In this document: positions 29,248 to 37,185 of the stretch, in pieces
Position numbering within the stretch: position 1 is the stretch's first letter
Layout of the letters: each line of letters starts with the position of its first letter
Assembly: GCA_965220995.1 (NCBI GenBank)
Contig: OZ244856.1
Coordinates: forward strand, 450,928-514,927
Length of the DNA: 64,000 nt
Direction of reading: 5' to 3'
DNA from: Acidimicrobiia bacterium
Lineage (GTDB): Bacteria; Actinomycetota; Acidimicrobiia; Spongiisociales; ZC4RG35
Program-made: the position numbers and the translations under genes
Notes under the pieces: model-generated
What the model saw: the letters and a program-made list of their open reading frames with translations, nothing else
The model's database searches: none
Told to the model about the DNA's origin: nothing

Positions 29248-30266
29248 ACCGACCCCGGTCGGCGCCCCTTATCCTGGAACGGACCGCTGTCCTGACCGAC
29301 CCTGCCCTCCGGGAAGCCGTGGATCGTCTGGCGGCGGATCTGGCCACACCGGCCCGCTATCACTTCGGGTGGGTGGACCACCAGGGTCATCCCGATCCCA
29401 ACAGCCGTCCCGGCAAGGGTGTGCGGCCCACTCTGGCTCTGCTGTCCGCCGAGGCGGTGGGCGCCGCGCCCGAGGTGGCCCTGCCCGGAGCGGTGGCCGT
29501 GGAATTGGTCCACAATTTTTCGCTCGTCCATGACGACATAGTGGACGACGATCACCAACGCCGACACCGGCCAACCCTGTGGAAGGTCTTCGGGGTGGGC
29601 GACGCCGTCATCGTGGGCGACGCACTGATGGGACTGGCTCTCCAGTTGCTCCTGGAGGAATCCACCTCGGTCGCCGCCAGGGCCGCCGCCGACCTGACCC
29701 GGGCCACCATGGACATGATCGCCGGGCAGTACATGGACATGTCCTTCCACGCCCGCCCCCGGGTGACGGTGGAAGAGTGCTGGGAGATGGTGTCGCTCAA
29801 GACGGGTGCCCTGCTGGCGCACGCCAGTGCGGTGGGGGCCATATTGGCCGGGGCGCCCCACCCGGTGGTGGAGGCGTTGCGTTGCTTCGGAAGTCAATTG
29901 GGCCTGGCCTTTCAAGCTCAGGACGACCTGCTGGGCATTTGGGGAGACCCGGCTGTAACCGGCAAACCGGTCGGCAATGACCTGCGGGAGAGAAAAAGGT
30001 CAATCCCCGTGACGGTCGCCCTATGTTCGGAAACCGCCGCCGGCGCCGAACTGGCCTCTCTCTATGCCCGGGACCACCTCACCGAAGACGACCTGGCCCG
30101 GGCAGCCTCCCTGGTCGAGGAGGCCGGAGGACGGGAAGCCACCGAGGCGGCCGCCCGTGATCGACTGCTCAGGGCCGCCGAGGCGCTGTCGACGGTGGAC
30201 TTGGACCCGGCCCCTGCCAGAGAAATGCTGGAACTGGCTCAGTTTGTGGTCAACCGGGAGTTCTGA
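29244..30266 (+). CDS. Polyprenyl diphosphate synthase (FPP/GGPP synthase family).
   Basis: First DDxxD box LVHDDIVDDD and second box FQAQDDLLG. ATG overlaps the hpnE stop (ATGA). The track ORF has 113 spurious upstream codons. Confidence 0.8.
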   Translation: MNRPRSAPLILERTAVLTDPALREAVDRLAADLATPARYHFGWVDHQGHPDPNSRPGKGVRPTLALLSAEAVGAAPEVALPGAVAVELVHNFSLVHDDIVDDDHQRRHRPTLWKVFGVGDAVIVGDALMGLALQLLLEESTSVAARAAADLTRATMDMIAGQYMDMSFHARPRVTVEECWEMVSLKTGALLAHASAVGAILAGAPHPVVEALRCFGSQLGLAFQAQDDLLGIWGDPAVTGKPVGNDLRERKRSIPVTVALCSETAAGAELASLYARDHLTEDDLARAASLVEEAGGREATEAAARDRLLRAAEALSTVDLDPAPAREMLELAQFVVNREF

Positions 30267-30283
30267 CCACCGGCACAGACCCG

Positions 30284-30667
30284 CTATTGGGCCGAGACTA
30301 TTTCTACCTGGTACTCGGCCAGATCACGATCGCAGGTCACCAACTCAAGGTCTTCCATTAGCGCCTGCGCCACCAGCATGTGGTCGAACGGATCCCGATG
30401 CAACCAAGGCAGTTCACCCACCCGGGCCGCGTGTTCCACGGTGATGGCCAGTAGGGCGAATCCGCAATCTCTCAACACCTGTTCGGCGCCATCGGGCACC
30501 GACAGTTTGCCGATGGAACTCTTGATGGCCATCTCCCATATGCTGACGGCGCTGACTGCCACATAGTTGTCCGGACTGGCGATCAGACGACGCGCCGTTT
30601 GGCCAAGCCGGCGGTCATCGGACAGCCACCACAACACCACATGAGTGTCCAGAAGAAGCCTTCGCAC
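30284..30667 (-). CDS. vapC: Type II toxin VapC (PIN-domain ribonuclease).
   Basis: PIN-domain pattern with conserved acidic residues (LLLDTHVVLWW...D). 127 aa, directly downstream of a small antitoxin gene. Confidence 0.75.
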   Translation of the reverse strand: MRRLLLDTHVVLWWLSDDRRLGQTARRLIASPDNYVAVSAVSIWEMAIKSSIGKLSVPDGAEQVLRDCGFALLAITVEHAARVGELPWLHRDPFDHMLVAQALMEDLELVTCDRDLAEYQVEIVSAQ

Positions 30668-30669
30668 CG

Positions 30670-30912
30670 TCAGGCGGGGTGCTTGACGCCCTCAAAAGCG
30701 GCAATTACCTCCGGAGACGTGGTGTCGAAATCGGGTGCCATCCACACCTTCCCCTTCCATGCACCAGGGAGGCGAGAGGCCGGTTCGTAGACGGCCAACC
30801 GCAGATAGGGCTCACCGTTGCGACAGATCACCACTTCTTCTCCCGCCCATACCAAACGACCCAGCCGCGACAACTGCGACTTGGCTTCGTGCATGTTCAC
30901 CCGAGTGGTCAT
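30670..30912 (-). CDS. vapB: Type II antitoxin (Phd/YefM-like VapB).
   Basis: 80 aa beginning MTTRVNMHEAKSQLSRL, a typical Phd/YefM antitoxin N-terminus. Lies 2 nt upstream of vapC. Confidence 0.7.
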   Translation of the reverse strand: MTTRVNMHEAKSQLSRLGRLVWAGEEVVICRNGEPYLRLAVYEPASRLPGAWKGKVWMAPDFDTTSPEVIAAFEGVKHPA

Positions 30913-30926
30913 AATCTTGAAAGCCT

Positions 30927-30937
30927 AGCTTAGCTAA
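30927..30937. promoter_or_regulatory. Perfect palindrome TAGCTtAGCTA upstream of vapB; candidate autoregulatory operator.
   Basis: 5-1-5 inverted repeat 15 nt upstream of the vapB start, in a locally AT-rich divergent region shared with chrA. Confidence 0.3.
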
Positions 30938-31025
30938 ACATATCAGACTAATCACTCCTGGGGGCCCCGGCGACCCACCACAGGATGCCCGACGGCCGAG
31001 GCGTGGCTGGTAAATTCGAGGACCG

Positions 31026-32243
31026 GTGAACGAACGCAGCCAGCCGACCCCCGGGGCTCTGAGCAGATTCCGGGAGGTCTTTTTAGTGGCGCTTCGGCTG
31101 GGTCTCACCTCCTTCGGAGGTCCGGTAGCCCACTTCGGATACTTCCACAGCGAATACGTTGAACGGCGCCGCTGGGTGAACGAAGGGGAATTCGCCGACC
31201 TTTTGGCGCTTTCCCAGGCCTCTCCCGGAGCAGCCAGTTCGCAGTTGGGGTTCGCCATCGGGATGGTGAGAGGAGGGTTGGCCGGCGGCCTGGGGGCGTG
31301 GCTGGGGTTCACACTGCCCTCAGCCATCATTTTGACCTTGCTGGGACTGGGCGCCGCCCAGATCGGCGAGGCGGCCGAGGGATGGATACACGGTCTGGTG
31401 GTGGTGGCGGTACCGGTGGTGGCCCTGGCGGTGTGGAGGCTTTGGTCCAAGCTGGCCCCCGACCCGGTCCGAAGTTCCATGGCGGTCGCATCGACGGTGG
31501 CTCTGATCGCTTTCCCGTCCTCCACCAGAATCACCGCCGTTTTGGTGATCGTGGCCGCAGGACTGCTGGGGTGGCTCTTGTACCGAAAGGACCGCACGGA
31601 ACAGGACGGGCCACGCTTTCCGTCATTCAGCAGACGCTCGGGGACCCTGGCGGCGGTGATCTTTTTCGGCCTGCTGATCATCCTTCCCGTTGCCCGACAC
31701 CTCACCAAGGCGCAGATTGTGGATGTCACCGACGCCTTCTACGGCGCCGGCGCCCTGGTGTTCGGGGGCGGCCCGGTGGTGCTTCCCCTGCTGGAGGCTG
31801 AGGTGGTGCAACCGGGATGGGTGGAGCCTGAATTGTTTGTGGCCGGATTCGGCGCGGCGCAGGCCATTCCCGGCCCGGTGTTCACGTTTTCCTCCTACCT
31901 GGGAGCGGTAATGACCCCCGAACCCAACGGCATCGGGGGCGCCGCCCTGGCGCTGGCCGCACTCTATCTCCCCTCCCTGCTGATGGTCCTGGCCGTCCTG
32001 CCGTTCTTCGCCGCCCTCCGCACCCACCGGGGAATCCAAGCAGCCCTGCGGGGAGTCAACGCGGCAGTGATAGGCATCCTGCTGTCTGCCCTCTACGACC
32101 CATTGTGGACCAACGCCATATTGCAACCCTCGGACCTGGCCCTGGCTCTGGGGGCATTCGGGCTGCTGGCCTTCTGGAAGCTCCCTCCCTGGCTGGTAGT
32201 GCTCCTCACGGCCGCCGGAGGCGGGCTCCTGGCTGCTGTTTGA
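31026..32243 (+). CDS. chrA: Chromate transporter ChrA (two-domain CHR family).
   Basis: Duplicated CHR domains with FGGPVAHFGY and FGGGPVVLPLL motifs. About 10-12 TM segments. 405 aa. Confidence 0.8.
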   Translation: MNERSQPTPGALSRFREVFLVALRLGLTSFGGPVAHFGYFHSEYVERRRWVNEGEFADLLALSQASPGAASSQLGFAIGMVRGGLAGGLGAWLGFTLPSAIILTLLGLGAAQIGEAAEGWIHGLVVVAVPVVALAVWRLWSKLAPDPVRSSMAVASTVALIAFPSSTRITAVLVIVAAGLLGWLLYRKDRTEQDGPRFPSFSRRSGTLAAVIFFGLLIILPVARHLTKAQIVDVTDAFYGAGALVFGGGPVVLPLLEAEVVQPGWVEPELFVAGFGAAQAIPGPVFTFSSYLGAVMTPEPNGIGGAALALAALYLPSLLMVLAVLPFFAALRTHRGIQAALRGVNAAVIGILLSALYDPLWTNAILQPSDLALALGAFGLLAFWKLPPWLVVLLTAAGGGLLAAV

Positions 32244-32297
32244 CATCCTTCTTGAGCGATGGCTCTCGGGGCTGAGCCCTTCCCTACATCCCCGGTG

Positions 32298-33269
32298 TCA
32301 GGCGGTTTTCCCAAACATTGAAAGCTGCTCCGGCCGGGAGGAATCACCTTCTGAGAGTCCTTTGCCATCCTGGTGCGGGGGATGCAGCATTGCCTCCAGT
32401 TCGTCGACGGATCGGATGGGTACCGCGCCCCGCTTTTCCAGCGTCTCATTTCCCGGGCCTTCTCCCGCTCCCCTCCAGACTCCGACCCGCAGACCTCCTT
32501 TGAGAGCCTCGGTCGCCCCCGACCATGTGCCTCCCTTGCCCGTCTCGCTGGCCACTGCCACCGTGAGGTTGGACAAGGCGTAGATAATCTTGTTCCGTCC
32601 CATGGCGTTCCATACCCGGAAAGGGGCCTTGGGACTGTAAGGAGTACACATGACGGCGCGCTCCTCGTGGATTGCTCTGCGCACATCGGGGCTTTGCAAC
32701 CCACGCATAAACGACCCCGCCAGGACGCCGATGATGGTTCCTCCTGCCTGTATGGCGGCGTTCATAGCCAGTTGATCCACCCCACGCGCTCCGCCGGAGA
32801 CCACCGGATAGCCGAGTTCCACTGCCTTCCCCGCGATGCCCCTGGCCGCTTCCGCCCCCTCGGGGGAGACATCACGGCTGCCCACCACCCCGATACCGGG
32901 CTGATCAAGCAATCCAAAAGCTCCGGCGGCGTAAATCAGGGCGGGGGCCTTGGGTCCGAGTCGACAAACCAGACGCTGGGGAAAATGGTCATCAAAATGG
33001 GTAACTGTCCGAATACCGGAATGTTCGAGTTGCTCCAATTCGAAAGCCATGACTCTCACCCGATCCAGCAACACCCATACCCGGTCCGCCAGCGCATCGG
33101 ACAATCCGTAATCCCTCACCATCTCTTTCCGGTCCTGCCCCAACAACGCGCCAGGCCGCGGGCAGGTCTCTAGAAGTCGCCAGTACTCCCGCGCCGAGAG
33201 AGGCCGTACCTCCTTGCCATGCATCCGGCTCACCAAGAGCACCGTGGCAGCCGAGTCGTCATTCCTCAC
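32298..33269 (-). CDS. DprA/Smf-like (SLOG/DNA_processg_A fold) protein; candidate PsyrA-like antitoxin partner.
   Basis: GIGVVGSRDVSPEGAEAARGIAGKAVELGYPVVSGGARGVDQLAMNAAIQAGGTIIGVLAG, the DprA Rossmann signature. Overlaps the upstream RecQ-PRTase gene by 4 nt. Confidence 0.6.
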   Translation of the reverse strand: MRNDDSAATVLLVSRMHGKEVRPLSAREYWRLLETCPRPGALLGQDRKEMVRDYGLSDALADRVWVLLDRVRVMAFELEQLEHSGIRTVTHFDDHFPQRLVCRLGPKAPALIYAAGAFGLLDQPGIGVVGSRDVSPEGAEAARGIAGKAVELGYPVVSGGARGVDQLAMNAAIQAGGTIIGVLAGSFMRGLQSPDVRRAIHEERAVMCTPYSPKAPFRVWNAMGRNKIIYALSNLTVAVASETGKGGTWSGATEALKGGLRVGVWRGAGEGPGNETLEKRGAVPIRSVDELEAMLHPPHQDGKGLSEGDSSRPEQLSMFGKTA

Positions 33270-35329
33270 CTGATTGATCTCCCGCTGGCATCAGCCAAGG
33301 CAAAGGGGTAAACCGAACCTGATCCGGCCAGAAGCAACTCACTACCCACGGCTGTCAGGGTCCACCTGGAATCAACGACATCATCCACGAGCAACACCGG
33401 ACCTCTGGGAACCGCCCCCACGATCCTAAATGCGTCTCGGACGTTCCGATGTTGTTGATGGCTGTTTTGCATAGTTTTCTGTGGCTCCGTGTCACGGACC
33501 TTTTCAACCACATTCTTATAAGGAACTCTCAGCAATGCCGCCAAACGAGCCGCAAAGTCCTCAACGAGGTCTGGATTTCTCAACGATGGAACAGAGGCAG
33601 CCCAGGCCGGAAAAGGCTGAGGCGCCCACCGATTTCTGATCAGATCGGCGGCGGCCGCCACCAATCGCTCATCAAAGCGCCCTTCCGATTGCTTGCCCGA
33701 ACGGACGAGAGTCCCCCAACCACCATCCTTCCAGACCGCCAGGGCCCGTCCTGGTTCGACGAGTTGGTCCTTGGCGATTCTCTTCCGGTTCGGCCATTGT
33801 TTGCGTGGTTCGATGTTCAGATCGACCCCTCGAAGGAACTCGATAACCCTTTGGACAACGGCGGGATCAAGACGAATTGCAAGGCTCAAACCAGTGCAGT
33901 TATCACAGATGCCACACGGATTTGCTATCAGGTCGTCGAGGTAGGAGCCCAAGAGTTGCATACGACAGGCGCCGGTTCGTATGTACTCGTTCATCTGCTT
34001 TTGCTCGACCCTCCGCTGAGCAGTAACCAACTCAACCCGGCGCCGATCGAATTTCCACCCTTTCAAAGTTCTTCGCCAGACAGAGCCTTCCTGTTCAACC
34101 GCCCCCTCAACCTCGAGATTCTTCAGCAGCTTCTCGAGTTGACCCCAACCGATATTCAACGACTGGAACAACTCGTCCCGAGACACCCCTTCCGTCTTCT
34201 CCTCCAGCAAGGCCACCACCTGCTCGGCTTGTGGTGCGGCCGGGAAGGCCCCCTGGATGAAGTAATCCTGAATGTCGGTGTCTTCTCCACCGCGCAACAG
34301 TATGCCCCAAGACTCGTTCAGTGAACGGCCCGCCCGGCCCACTTGTTGGTAATACGAGATCGGCGAACCGGGTGACTGGTAGTGAATTACAAAGGAGAGA
34401 TCAGGTTTGTCGAAACCCATACCGAGGGCTGAGGTTGCAACCACCACCTTCACCTGATTGGACAGGAGAGCCTGTTCAATCCCAACCCGGTCTTCAGAGT
34501 GCAAACGACCCCAGTATGAAACCGCCGAGATTCCAACTGATGACAGCCATTCCCCTACCCGCTGTGCATCTCTTACGGTGAGGCAATAGATCACCCCTGT
34601 TCCATCCAATCTTGACAGTTGGTCGGCCAGCCATGCCAGACGCTCCGCCTGTGATGGGATCTCGAGGACATGCAACCGTAGTCCGCGACGCGCCAAGGTT
34701 CCCCTGACAGTGGATAACCCTGAACCCAGTTGGTCAACGATGTCTCCTACGACGCGGTCATTGGCCGTCGCCGTGCAACACAGAATCGGGACACCGGGAA
34801 GGAGCCTCAGAACGCGGGTGATCCTCCGGTAGTCAGGCCGGAAATCGTGGCCCCAGTCGGAAATGCAATGTGCTTCGTCAATCACCAGCAGCCCGCTTCT
34901 CCGCAGGATGACCGGCAGGAGTTCGCCCCGGAACTTGCGATTGGCCAGCCGCTCCGGCGATATCAATAACAGGTCAACCGCATCGGCATATAGTTTCTCT
35001 TCCACCTCCGCCCACTGTGCCGGGTTAGAACTGTTGATAGTCTCAGCCCTGACACCCATTCGCTCTGCAGCTTCAATCTGATTGCGCATCAGGGCCAACA
35101 GAGGGGAAATCAGGAGGGTAGGCCCCGCACCTCGCGTCCGGAGCATTCGGGTTGCAATAAAGTACACCGCGCTTTTGCCCCACCCGGTTCGCTGAACCAG
35201 GAGAACCCGTCGGAGTTCTGCAACCAGTCCGCGGATCGCGTCGAGTTGACCCTCCCGGAAGTCAGTTGTCGGATCCCCGGTCAGCTTGCGCAGAGAATCC
35301 AGAGCTTCCGAAGCAAACTTGTCACTCAT
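33266..35329 (-). CDS. RecQ-family DNA helicase fused to a C-terminal ComF/GntX-type phosphoribosyltransferase domain; candidate PsyrT-like toxin/defense helicase.
   Basis: Helicase motifs: Walker A TGWGKS; motif II DEAHCISDWGHDFRPDY. RecQ Zn-finger CRMQ...CGICDNC. C-terminal PRTase signature RNVRDAFRIVGAVPRGPVLLVDDVVDSRWTLTAVGSEL. Local GC is clearly lower (about 48-55%) than the surrounding DNA. Confidence 0.65.
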   Translation of the reverse strand: MSDKFASEALDSLRKLTGDPTTDFREGQLDAIRGLVAELRRVLLVQRTGWGKSAVYFIATRMLRTRGAGPTLLISPLLALMRNQIEAAERMGVRAETINSSNPAQWAEVEEKLYADAVDLLLISPERLANRKFRGELLPVILRRSGLLVIDEAHCISDWGHDFRPDYRRITRVLRLLPGVPILCCTATANDRVVGDIVDQLGSGLSTVRGTLARRGLRLHVLEIPSQAERLAWLADQLSRLDGTGVIYCLTVRDAQRVGEWLSSVGISAVSYWGRLHSEDRVGIEQALLSNQVKVVVATSALGMGFDKPDLSFVIHYQSPGSPISYYQQVGRAGRSLNESWGILLRGGEDTDIQDYFIQGAFPAAPQAEQVVALLEEKTEGVSRDELFQSLNIGWGQLEKLLKNLEVEGAVEQEGSVWRRTLKGWKFDRRRVELVTAQRRVEQKQMNEYIRTGACRMQLLGSYLDDLIANPCGICDNCTGLSLAIRLDPAVVQRVIEFLRGVDLNIEPRKQWPNRKRIAKDQLVEPGRALAVWKDGGWGTLVRSGKQSEGRFDERLVAAAADLIRNRWAPQPFPAWAASVPSLRNPDLVEDFAARLAALLRVPYKNVVEKVRDTEPQKTMQNSHQQHRNVRDAFRIVGAVPRGPVLLVDDVVDSRWTLTAVGSELLLAGSGSVYPFALADASGRSIR

Positions 35330-35503
35330 TGATTGGGGACCCCCGGATAGCTGATTCTCAGTTGCTGTGTATAGGCAAGCCTATTTGAAGGGTGTGACAT
35401 CGAGCCCGGACCCGATAAGCACCCAGCACCTCCCAAGCACACCTGTATTACAAACGCGGCTTGCCGTCGGGGCTGCCGCAGCGCAGGGCCCGGGGCGCAA
35501 CTC

Positions 35504-36415
35504 CTACCAGAGGACCTGGTTGGTGGCGCTTTTCACCGCGTCGTCAATGGATCCGGTGTAGATCCCGGTGGAGAGATACTTCCAGCCCGCGTCGGGGAAG
35601 ATGGTGACCACGGTGCCCGATCGCATCTCGCCGGCTATCCGCAGAGCCACCGCCAGGGCCGCTCCGCAGGAAGGGCCGGCGAACATGCCTCCCACGGATA
35701 ACAGGCGGCGGGTGTGTTCGATGGTTGGGGCAAGCCGCACCAGTATCCGGCGATCGATCCGGTCGGCGTCGAAGATGGGAGGAACGTAACCGTCGTCTAT
35801 GGAACGCAGGCCGGTGATCAACTCCCCCATGGGAGGTTCGGCCGCCACCACCCGGGCCCCCGGGAAGGACTCGCGGATCGCCGCGCCTGCCCCCATCAAC
35901 GTTCCCCCGGTTCCCAGGCCGGCCACCAACGCATCCACCCGGTCGAGTTCCTCCACGATCTCCCGGCCGGTCCCCCGGTAGTGGGCCTCCACATTGGCCG
36001 GGTTTTCGTATTGGTTGAGCATCAGATAGTCGCCGCCGGCCGCCAGTTCCTCGGCCATGCGCACCGCACCGTTCGATCCCTCCTCTCCGGGAGAAAAGAC
36101 AATCTCGGCGCCGAAGGTTCTCAGGGTCTCGATCCGCTCGGCGCTGGCGCCTTCCGCCATCACCACCGTGAACGGCAATCCCTCCATCGCCGCCAGGCGA
36201 GCCAGGGCGATGCCGGTGTTCCCCGAGGAAGGTTCCAACAGACGTATCCCGGAGGTCAGAAGTCCCTCCGAGCGGGCCCCTTCCACCATCGCCACCGCAA
36301 TCCGGTCCTTGATCGATCCGGTGGGCAGTACCCACTCCAGTTTGGCAAATATGTCGACGCCCCCCTGCGAAAAGGCATCCAATCGGACCAGGGGAGTGGG
36401 AAACAGGCCCATCAT
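35504..36415 (-). CDS. cysM: Cysteine synthase CysM (uses the thiocarboxylated sulfur carrier CysO).
   Basis: PLP-dependent fold with Lys motif TGSIKDR and Gly-rich loop GLGTGGT. Position downstream of cysO and mec matches the mycobacterial pathway. Confidence 0.8.
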   Translation of the reverse strand: MMGLFPTPLVRLDAFSQGGVDIFAKLEWVLPTGSIKDRIAVAMVEGARSEGLLTSGIRLLEPSSGNTGIALARLAAMEGLPFTVVMAEGASAERIETLRTFGAEIVFSPGEEGSNGAVRMAEELAAGGDYLMLNQYENPANVEAHYRGTGREIVEELDRVDALVAGLGTGGTLMGAGAAIRESFPGARVVAAEPPMGELITGLRSIDDGYVPPIFDADRIDRRILVRLAPTIEHTRRLLSVGGMFAGPSCGAALAVALRIAGEMRSGTVVTIFPDAGWKYLSTGIYTGSIDDAVKSATNQVLW

Positions 36416-36431
36416 TGTGAAAAGACGGCGA

Positions 36432-36707
36432 TCAACCCCCGGCCACCGAGGGCAGAATAATTATCTCCGAGGGTTGGGAAATGGGAGTGTCGAGTCCCTG
36501 CAGGTAGCGGATGTCCTCGTCATTGAGGAAGACGTTGACGAACACGGGCACCGATCCGTCCGGATCCAGCAGTTGGCGGGCCAACCCCGGATACCGTTTT
36601 CCCAGGTCCGAGAAGGTTTCCGCCACCGTGGCGCCGCAGGCCGCCACCGAGGCCTCCCCTCCGGCGTGAACCCTGAGAATGGTGGGTAGGCGAATGGTGT
36701 GGGTCAT
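36432..36707 (-). CDS. cysO: ThiS/MoaD-family sulfur carrier protein CysO.
   Basis: 91-aa beta-grasp protein ending in the diglycine AGG. Confidence 0.75.
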   Translation of the reverse strand: MTHTIRLPTILRVHAGGEASVAACGATVAETFSDLGKRYPGLARQLLDPDGSVPVFVNVFLNDEDIRYLQGLDTPISQPSEIIILPSVAGG

Positions 36708-36721
36708 GGTTTGTGTTCCTC

Positions 36722-37150
36722 CTATGGGCGAGAGTCAAAGCTCAGGGCGGTCTCGGCGATCTGATCATCCCGGATCCGGAAGCCCCGCACCGCCAGGGTA
36801 TCCATTCTTTCCATCCCCACCAGTATGTACAGCCAGTCGGGATCGGGAGCCAGGGCCACGTCGGTGGGCGACGGATAGGCAGGTGAGTGGGTATGGGAGT
36901 GGAATACTCCCACCAGATCCCATCCCCGCAACCGGGCATGACGCATGGTCTTGAAGTGTTCGGCCGGGTCGATCACGTAGTTGACCCGGGAGTGGGCGAT
37001 GTTGGTGAGCGGGTAGGCCTTGGTCAGGACGCCGTCGGGACGGCCGGCCAGCAACCCGCATGCCTCTTCGGGGTAGCAGTCCCGGGCGTGATCCACCATT
37101 ACCCGGCGGATGGTTTCGGGAATGCGGATGGTTGCATGTTCGTCAGACAT
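36722..37150 (-). CDS. mec: JAMM/MPN+ metalloprotease Mec (cleaves the CysO-cysteine adduct).
   Basis: JAMM motif E...HSHTHSPAYPSPTD. 142 aa. Confidence 0.8.
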   Translation of the reverse strand: MSDEHATIRIPETIRRVMVDHARDCYPEEACGLLAGRPDGVLTKAYPLTNIAHSRVNYVIDPAEHFKTMRHARLRGWDLVGVFHSHTHSPAYPSPTDVALAPDPDWLYILVGMERMDTLAVRGFRIRDDQIAETALSFDSRP

Positions 37151-37185
37151 TGGAATACCCCGTCGGGCGGGGAAGGCCGAGTCGG

